Assembly: GCA_016839745.1 (NCBI GenBank)
Contig: JAEOTS010000160.1
Span: forward strand, 1-12,512
Length of the DNA stretch: 12,512 bases
DNA from: Promethearchaeota archaeon
Lineage (GTDB): Archaea > Asgardarchaeota > Lokiarchaeia > Sigyniarchaeales > SOKP01
Direction: 5' to 3'
The translations under genes and the position numbers were made by a program. The notes under the pieces are model-generated. The model did no database searches. It saw only the letters and a program-made list of their open reading frames with translations, and was not told where the DNA came from. Positions 7,755 to 12,512 of this stretch are shown here, one piece after another (the first letter of the stretch is position 1; each line of letters starts with the position of its first letter).

Positions 7755-8774
7755 GTGGGACTTGAAACAGAAAATAAGGATATAGAAAACAACTTACGAG
7801 AAATCGCAAGGGGTTTGCTTAAAGAAAAGAAGGTAGATGTGATTATTGGCTACGAGAAAGGATCCTTACCCTTACTTACGCAACCGATTATCATCGACAG
7901 CGAGGAAGATGTAGATAAATTACTATGGAATAATTTATGCTACGTAAATTTAGCTAAATACCTAGTCCCTAGAGTTCCAAGATTCGTGGATCCTGAAAAA
8001 GGAAACCTGAAAGTTGGCGTAGTTGCTAAGGGGTGCGTTGGGAGGGCATTAATTCACTTAGCCTCCGAGAATAAGATTAATTTGGACGAGATCACGATTA
8101 TTGGAATCCCATGTAACGGAGTTGTTAACCGGCAACGGATAGAGATGGAAATTGGTGAAAAGGAAATACTTGAGGTCTCCGTATCGGGGAGCAACATTAT
8201 CGTTAGGGGAAAGGATTTTGAAAAAGAGTTTCCGTTCGACGAATACATGAATGAATTATGCAAAGGATGCAAAATTAGGAAACCTCCTTTAATCAGTAAG
8301 TTTCCAGAATTATGCGTTGGCGAGTGCGAGGAATATTCAAGTATTGTAGACGAGTTTGACGACATCGCAGAGTTCGAATCAAAAACACCCGAAGAAAAAT
8401 GGGAATACATTACAGAAGCTTTAAGCGTGTGTACCAGATGCTACGCTTGCAGAGAAGCGTGCCCGATGTGTTATTGTAATCTTTGTTTTGTCGATCAGAA
8501 TAAACCCGTTTGGTTTGGGAAGACAACAGACTTGCCAGATATAATTGTGTATCACTTAATACGCGCGATGCACATGGCGGGTAGATGCGTAGCCTGTGGT
8601 GCGTGCTCGTTAGTGTGTCCAATGGGAATAGACCTTAACTTTATAAATAGAAAATTAGAAAAGATTGTAAAAGAAAGATTTGATTTTACTTCAGGTCTCG
8701 ATCCTGAGACTTTGCCACCTATGGTTGATTTCAAGATGGAAGATGCTGAAGAGTTTATGTTAGAAGAAGATTAA
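7755..8774 (+). CDS. flxC: FlxC-type Fe-S protein (FdhB/FrhB-related N-terminus plus 2x[4Fe-4S])
   Basis: VDVIIGY, C..NLA.YL, KVGVVAKGC..R, IIGIPC.G, CTRCYACREACPMCYC..CF and AGRCVACGAC...CP. Sits between an mvhD-like and an asrA-like gene. GTG 7755 after GGTGA is preferred; ATG 7743 is the alternative start. Confidence 0.85.
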   Translation: MGLETENKDIENNLREIARGLLKEKKVDVIIGYEKGSLPLLTQPIIIDSEEDVDKLLWNNLCYVNLAKYLVPRVPRFVDPEKGNLKVGVVAKGCVGRALIHLASENKINLDEITIIGIPCNGVVNRQRIEMEIGEKEILEVSVSGSNIIVRGKDFEKEFPFDEYMNELCKGCKIRKPPLISKFPELCVGECEEYSSIVDEFDDIAEFESKTPEEKWEYITEALSVCTRCYACREACPMCYCNLCFVDQNKPVWFGKTTDLPDIIVYHLIRAMHMAGRCVACGACSLVCPMGIDLNFINRKLEKIVKERFDFTSGLDPETLPPMVDFKMEDAEEFMLEED

Positions 8775-8792
8775 TTAGGAGAACGTTTAAGA

Positions 8793-9845
8793 ATGGACGA
8801 AAAACTATTAAAAAAAGCAGATATTGGAAAGTTATATAACGAGCTTAAAGATGATTATAATTTTTACGCTCCAACTAAGGTAAAAGGTAATATCGCCTTT
8901 GAAAAAATTGAAGATGTAGAGGAAATAGAATTAGATTACCTAAATTCAAAAGTCCCTCCGAAAGACGTACTATTTCCACAAAAAGAAACTATATTTGAAT
9001 ATAAATACGAAGGGAAAGACGTCATTATTGAAGAGAGAAAAGATCTTGAGGACAAGATATTAATTTTTGGAGTTCGACCTTGCGACGCGTATAGTTTTAA
9101 GCTATTAAATGATTTTTTTGCTGACGGTAACTTTCAAGACGATGTATTTCTAAAGAAACGGAAAAACGCGACAATTATAGGCATAGGGTGTAATAATCCA
9201 AGGCAGTCGTGTTTCTGTACGTCTGTAGGCGGTCATCCTTTCCAAAAAGATAGCACAGATGTATTTCTATCTGACTTAGGGGATAATTACTTAGTTGAAG
9301 CTATAAGCGAAAAGGGTAAGGACCTCGTAAAGAAGTTATCTTGGCTTACTGACGCGAAAAAGGCAGATATTGAGAAATCTAAAGAGTTAGCTAAGGAAGC
9401 AGAGGATTCCTTTACGACCAAATTCAATTTTGATTTAGTTACAAAAGTACTCGACGAAAACTTCGAACATCCAGTTTGGCAAGAAATTAGTGAAAGTTGT
9501 ATCGGATGTAGTTCATGTACGTTTCTCTGCCCCACTTGTACCTGTTTTGATGTTATCGACGAAAACGACGAGTATAATAACCGAGGTAGACGAATAAGAA
9601 TCTGGGATACCTGCCAGTCGTGTCTTTACACGCTTGAAACGAGCGGTCACAATCCACGCCCAGCAAAAATACAACGATGTAGAAATCGAATAATGCACAA
9701 ATTTAGCTATTATCCGTCGAATTACGATTGTTTAGGGTGCGTAGGGTGCGGGAGATGCATTAGCGCGTGTCCCGTTAATAACGAGCTCCGATTAATAATT
9801 GACAAAATACTAGAAATTGAAGAAGGTGAGAAAACTAGTGCCTAA
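8793..9845 (+). CDS. flxB: FlxB (AsrA/HydB-like 4Fe-4S protein)
   Basis: PPK..LFP..E, IFGVRPCD, C......CFC...GG.P, CIGCSSCTFLCPTCTCF, R.R.WDTC, R.R..HKF and CVGCGRCISACP. Confidence 0.88.
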   Translation: MDEKLLKKADIGKLYNELKDDYNFYAPTKVKGNIAFEKIEDVEEIELDYLNSKVPPKDVLFPQKETIFEYKYEGKDVIIEERKDLEDKILIFGVRPCDAYSFKLLNDFFADGNFQDDVFLKKRKNATIIGIGCNNPRQSCFCTSVGGHPFQKDSTDVFLSDLGDNYLVEAISEKGKDLVKKLSWLTDAKKADIEKSKELAKEAEDSFTTKFNFDLVTKVLDENFEHPVWQEISESCIGCSSCTFLCPTCTCFDVIDENDEYNNRGRRIRIWDTCQSCLYTLETSGHNPRPAKIQRCRNRIMHKFSYYPSNYDCLGCVGCGRCISACPVNNELRLIIDKILEIEEGEKTSA

Positions 9846-10677
9846 CCCATATGTTCCAATACTAACGAAAGTAAAATCTATTATTTCAGAAAACAAAGTT
9901 AACGATATTAAAACCTTTGAATTAGAATTTCAAAAAGAGGAAGACTACAAAAATTTCGATTATATCCCAGGGCAATTTGCCGAGATTAGCATTATCGGCA
10001 AGGGAGAGTGTCCAATAGGAATTGCTTCTTCTCCAACCGAAGAAGGTACTATTAAATTTACGATTAAAAAAATGGGTACAGTTACCTCTATGTTTCACAG
10101 AAGCGATATTGGCGATACGGTCGGCATAAGAGGCCCGTTAGGGAACGGTTGGCCAATGGAAGAGTTAAAGGGGAAAAACATCGTCGTGATTGGCGGAGGA
10201 TTTGCGTTCTCGACCTTACGCTCGTTAGTCTTATACGTTCTAGATGAAAAACACAGAAAGGATTATGGTGATCTGACCGTTATATATGGTAATAGAGATT
10301 CAGGTGAAGTGCTCTATCAAGATGTTTTGGAAGAATGGGAAAAACGAGACGATATCAATGTAGTTCTAACCATCGATCGCGAAGAGGAAGGCTGGACTCG
10401 AAAAGTGGGGTTTGTTGCCGCTATAGTAAAAGAAGTAGCTCCATCTCCTGATAACGCCGTAGCAATTATCTGTGGTCCTCCAATTATGATACGAACAGCA
10501 GTGGACGAATTAGTGAAAATCGGTTGGAATGACGAACATATTCTTAATTCTTTAGAAATGCGAATGAAATGTGGTATTGGAAAATGCGGAAGATGTAATA
10601 TCGGAAGTAAGTTTGTCTGTATCGATGGACCCGTTTTTTCACTTGCAGAACTTAAAAAATTACCAAACGAATTTTAA
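9838..10677 (+). CDS. flxA: FlxA (AsrB/HydG/PyrK-like FAD/NAD(P)H-binding [2Fe-2S] oxidoreductase)
   Basis: NPY.P N-terminus, PGQF, GE.PI.I.S, RGPLGNG, GGGFAFSTLRS, YGNR, CGPPIM and LE.RMKCGIGKCGRC...CIDGPVF. GTG 9838 follows AGGTGA and overlaps the flxB end by 8 nt. Confidence 0.9.
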   Translation: MPNPYVPILTKVKSIISENKVNDIKTFELEFQKEEDYKNFDYIPGQFAEISIIGKGECPIGIASSPTEEGTIKFTIKKMGTVTSMFHRSDIGDTVGIRGPLGNGWPMEELKGKNIVVIGGGFAFSTLRSLVLYVLDEKHRKDYGDLTVIYGNRDSGEVLYQDVLEEWEKRDDINVVLTIDREEEGWTRKVGFVAAIVKEVAPSPDNAVAIICGPPIMIRTAVDELVKIGWNDEHILNSLEMRMKCGIGKCGRCNIGSKFVCIDGPVFSLAELKKLPNEF

Positions 10678-10890
10678 TTGGAATGGAAAGGTAAATTCAG
10701 CGTCTGATTTCAATGAAAATTCCTTTGAAAAATCCTAAAAAAATTATATAAGTAAACTGTACTTCTTCTTAGATGACTTTGATTCAGTTAAAAATTTTAT
10801 ACATTATCAGCAAAAAGAAACAAAAGTAAAAAGGAAAGTTAAAAAGAATCATTAAATTTGACTATCATACATGAATGCATAGTAAATTAA

Positions 10891-10905
10891 ATTCATAATA
10901 TGAAT
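10891..10905. promoter_or_regulatory. 7-1-7 inverted repeat ATTCATA-A-TATGAAT; candidate operator
   Basis: Perfect 7-bp arms, 17 nt upstream of ATG 10923. The function is inferred. Confidence 0.4.
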
Positions 10906-10922
10906 CCAAACTGGGATATATA

Positions 10923-11432
10923 ATGGCTAAACAAAAATTTGATTTTCATTTTATTAAAAATATAATAAGAAAGAAAACATTTGGTATTTTAACTACCTTA
11001 AATAACGACGGAAGTCCTCATACATCTGGAATTATCTACGGTGTTTCTAATAAAGATGATAAATTTGCATTGTATCTTTTGACTTATAAAAAAAACAAAA
11101 AAGTAAGAAATATTCAGAGGGATCCTAAAGTTTCTTTTGTTATACCATTTCCACATCATATCCTGCGTTTTATTCCTTCGAGTGCAATTACAATTAATGG
11201 TATTGCAAAAATACTTCCCGTCAATATGAAGGAAATCATACAGGTATTTGAAGAAAAAAAGATACTAAGAATGCTTATTGCTGATATTGACTTTGAGAAT
11301 GACACAGAGTATGTATTTATTAAGATTGAACCAAAATCTAAGATTTTTTGTTATGGAGTTGGATTTAGTATTTGGAAACTAAGAGACTCTCACACAACTG
11401 GAGGATATACTGTAACTATACCTGACGAGTAA
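10923..11432 (+). CDS. Pyridoxamine 5'-phosphate oxidase-like (split beta-barrel) flavin-binding protein
   Basis: FGILTT.NNDGSPH.S...Y and LY..T....KKVRNIQRDPKVSF.I ... I.G.A match the PNPOx/FDOR-type pattern. Confidence 0.85.
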   Translation: MAKQKFDFHFIKNIIRKKTFGILTTLNNDGSPHTSGIIYGVSNKDDKFALYLLTYKKNKKVRNIQRDPKVSFVIPFPHHILRFIPSSAITINGIAKILPVNMKEIIQVFEEKKILRMLIADIDFENDTEYVFIKIEPKSKIFCYGVGFSIWKLRDSHTTGGYTVTIPDE

Positions 11433-11754
11433 TGAATAGTGGACTATTTTAAATCTCTTATATAACATTGTCAGAATAAAAAAAATGAAAATAGAAAAAG
11501 AAAATAAGATAAAAGAATAAGAGATAAAACTTTTTTGTTTGGTAATAAGATTATTGCTTTATTATCTTCGATTGACATTTTTTCTCCCGCCATAATATGA
11601 TCTACAATGAAATCATTTTAATTTTTATGTTTTAAATATCTATGAATTTTTTGATCTCGTTCATTATCTTTTCCTCTTTTAATTACCAAAAAAATAAATA
11701 AAAATTTCGATTGAAAACATTTTTTTTACTTTTCATTTTATTACATAGTGTAAG

Positions 11755-12360
11755 ATGATAAAGAACATTATTTTTGATTTAGGTAACGTCTTGCTTAAGT
11801 TCCAACCAAGTGAATTTCTACTAAGATTTACTGACGATGTCGAATACATCGATCAATTTGTTCCTAAAATTTTTCGCAGCAGAGTATGGATGGAGTTGGA
11901 TAGAGGAATAATTTCTTTAGAAAATGCTAAATCTAATTTTATCTCTAAGTATCCAGAAGAAAAAGACTTTCTTACTCATTTTTTTAATCATTGGATGGAA
12001 ATGCTGACACCTATTGAGAAAAATATTAAGGTATTAAAAGAGTTACGCAATTTAGGATATAAAACATATATTTTATCCAATTTTATAAAGGAAACATTTA
12101 CATTTATAGGAAAGAAATATAATATTTTTTCACTATTTGATGGTCAAATCATTTCTGGATTTGAAAAGACAATTAAACCAGAAAAAGCTATCTATGAAAC
12201 ATTACTCAGTAGGTATCACTTACTTCCCGAAGAGAGTTTGTTTATTGATGATGTTTTGTTTTTCTTAAAGCCGGCAAAAAAACTTGGTATGAAAACAATA
12301 TGGAATCAACCAGAGACAGATTTACGGGAAGAGTTAAGAAAATTTGACATATTAATTTAA
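11755..12360 (+). CDS. HAD-superfamily hydrolase (subfamily IA, YihX-like phosphatase)
   Basis: Motif I IIFDLGNVL, motif II ILSN, motif III KP...IY and motif IV LFIDD, followed by A..LGM..I. Confidence 0.92.
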   Translation: MIKNIIFDLGNVLLKFQPSEFLLRFTDDVEYIDQFVPKIFRSRVWMELDRGIISLENAKSNFISKYPEEKDFLTHFFNHWMEMLTPIEKNIKVLKELRNLGYKTYILSNFIKETFTFIGKKYNIFSLFDGQIISGFEKTIKPEKAIYETLLSRYHLLPEESLFIDDVLFFLKPAKKLGMKTIWNQPETDLREELRKFDILI

Positions 12361-12388
12361 ATTACAAAGACATCTAGATTTATAGGAT

Positions 12389-12512
12389 ATGATTGATAAA
12401 TGGCTTTCTAAAACTAAATTTAAGGAAGGATACGAGAAGTTTGTAAGGAAAATAATGCTAAGTAGAATTTCCGCTAATCAACTTACTATTATGGGATTAG
12501 TTATTGGATTGG
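12389..12512 (+). CDS. Probable CDP-alcohol phosphatidyltransferase, N-terminal fragment (runs off the window)
   Basis: My translation is MIDKWLSKTKFKEGYEKFVRKIMLSRISANQLTIMGLVIGL. The I-S-[AP]-N-x-L-T-x-x-G motif entering a TM helix is typical of this family. The diagnostic DxxDGxxAR motif would lie outside the window. Confidence 0.7.
   Translation, partial: MIDKWLSKTKFKEGYEKFVRKIMLSRISANQLTIMGLVIGL

Noticed and set aside
7747-7785. Selenocysteine readthrough of the flxD TGA, the only TGA stop in the operon
   Set aside because: Readthrough adds only 11 unremarkable residues before a TAG. The position is not a Cys/Sec site, and the TGA is explained as part of the GGTGA RBS of flxC.
330-9698. 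Minus-strand ORFs in the track (330-656, 918-1100, 1323-1550, 3575-3757, 6391-6579, 6482-6736, 7120-7305, 8054-8410, 8410-8622, 8552-8734, 9287-9535, 9513-9698)
   Set aside because: They overlap well-supported + strand genes on the opposite strand, are mostly Ser/Phe/Ile-rich shadow frames and show no motifs.
8793-10677. Annotation as anaerobic sulfite reductase AsrAB or sulfhydrogenase HydBG
   Set aside because: There is no asrC or NiFe-hydrogenase subunit adjacent, and the hdrCBA-mvhD context and gene order fit FlxB/FlxA better.
10678-10850. SECIS-like hairpin in the 3' UTR of the operon
   Set aside because: Only weak pairings are present (TCAG-cgt-CTGA, AAAGG/CCTTT). There is no convincing ATGA/GA core with a stem, and no UGA codon needs recoding.
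10784-10852. Minus-strand 22-aa hydrophobic ORF MILFNFPFYFCFFLLIMYKIFN
   Set aside because: It is a by-product of the A-rich tract and has no RBS.
11531-11680. Minus-strand frame ...ERDQKIHRYLKHKN*NDFIVDHIMAGEKMSIEDN... faintly resembling an HNH nuclease remnant (VDHI)
   Set aside because: The resemblance rests on a few residues, with no CxxC or correctly spaced N/H and an internal stop. It would need an HMM hit to be credible.
1-12512. CRISPR array, tRNA/rRNA, IS element or intein
   Set aside because: I found no regularly spaced repeats, GC-rich structured RNA, transposase motifs or unexplained large in-frame insertions.

Overview
This is an AT-rich archaeal window with every convincing gene on the + strand. 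The lineage is probably Asgard (Lokiarchaeia-like); this is inferred from GGTGA/GGAGG ribosome-binding sites, methanogen-type HdrBC and the style of the orphan kinase, and was not verified by a search. Gene order: (1) a soluble multi-PAS/GAF-like sensor histidine kinase with no response regulator in the window; (2) a small helical ORF lacking any ATG; (3) a tightly packed 7-gene operon hdrC-hdrB-hdrA-flxD(mvhD)-flxC-flxB-flxA, encoding a predicted electron-bifurcating NAD(P)H dehydrogenase/heterodisulfide reductase (HdrABC-FlxABCD); (4) a PNPOx-like split-barrel flavin-binding protein; (5) a HAD hydrolase; (6) the 5' end of a probable CDP-alcohol phosphatidyltransferase missed by the ORF track. 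The most notable points are the pairing of a methanogen-like HdrBC with a Flx NAD(P)H module best known from bacteria (thiol substrate unknown), an A8 run that could fuse flxD to flxC by -1 slippage, an apparently collapsed PAS domain in the kinase, and dyad-symmetric candidate operators. I saw no RNA genes, CRISPR arrays or mobile elements.
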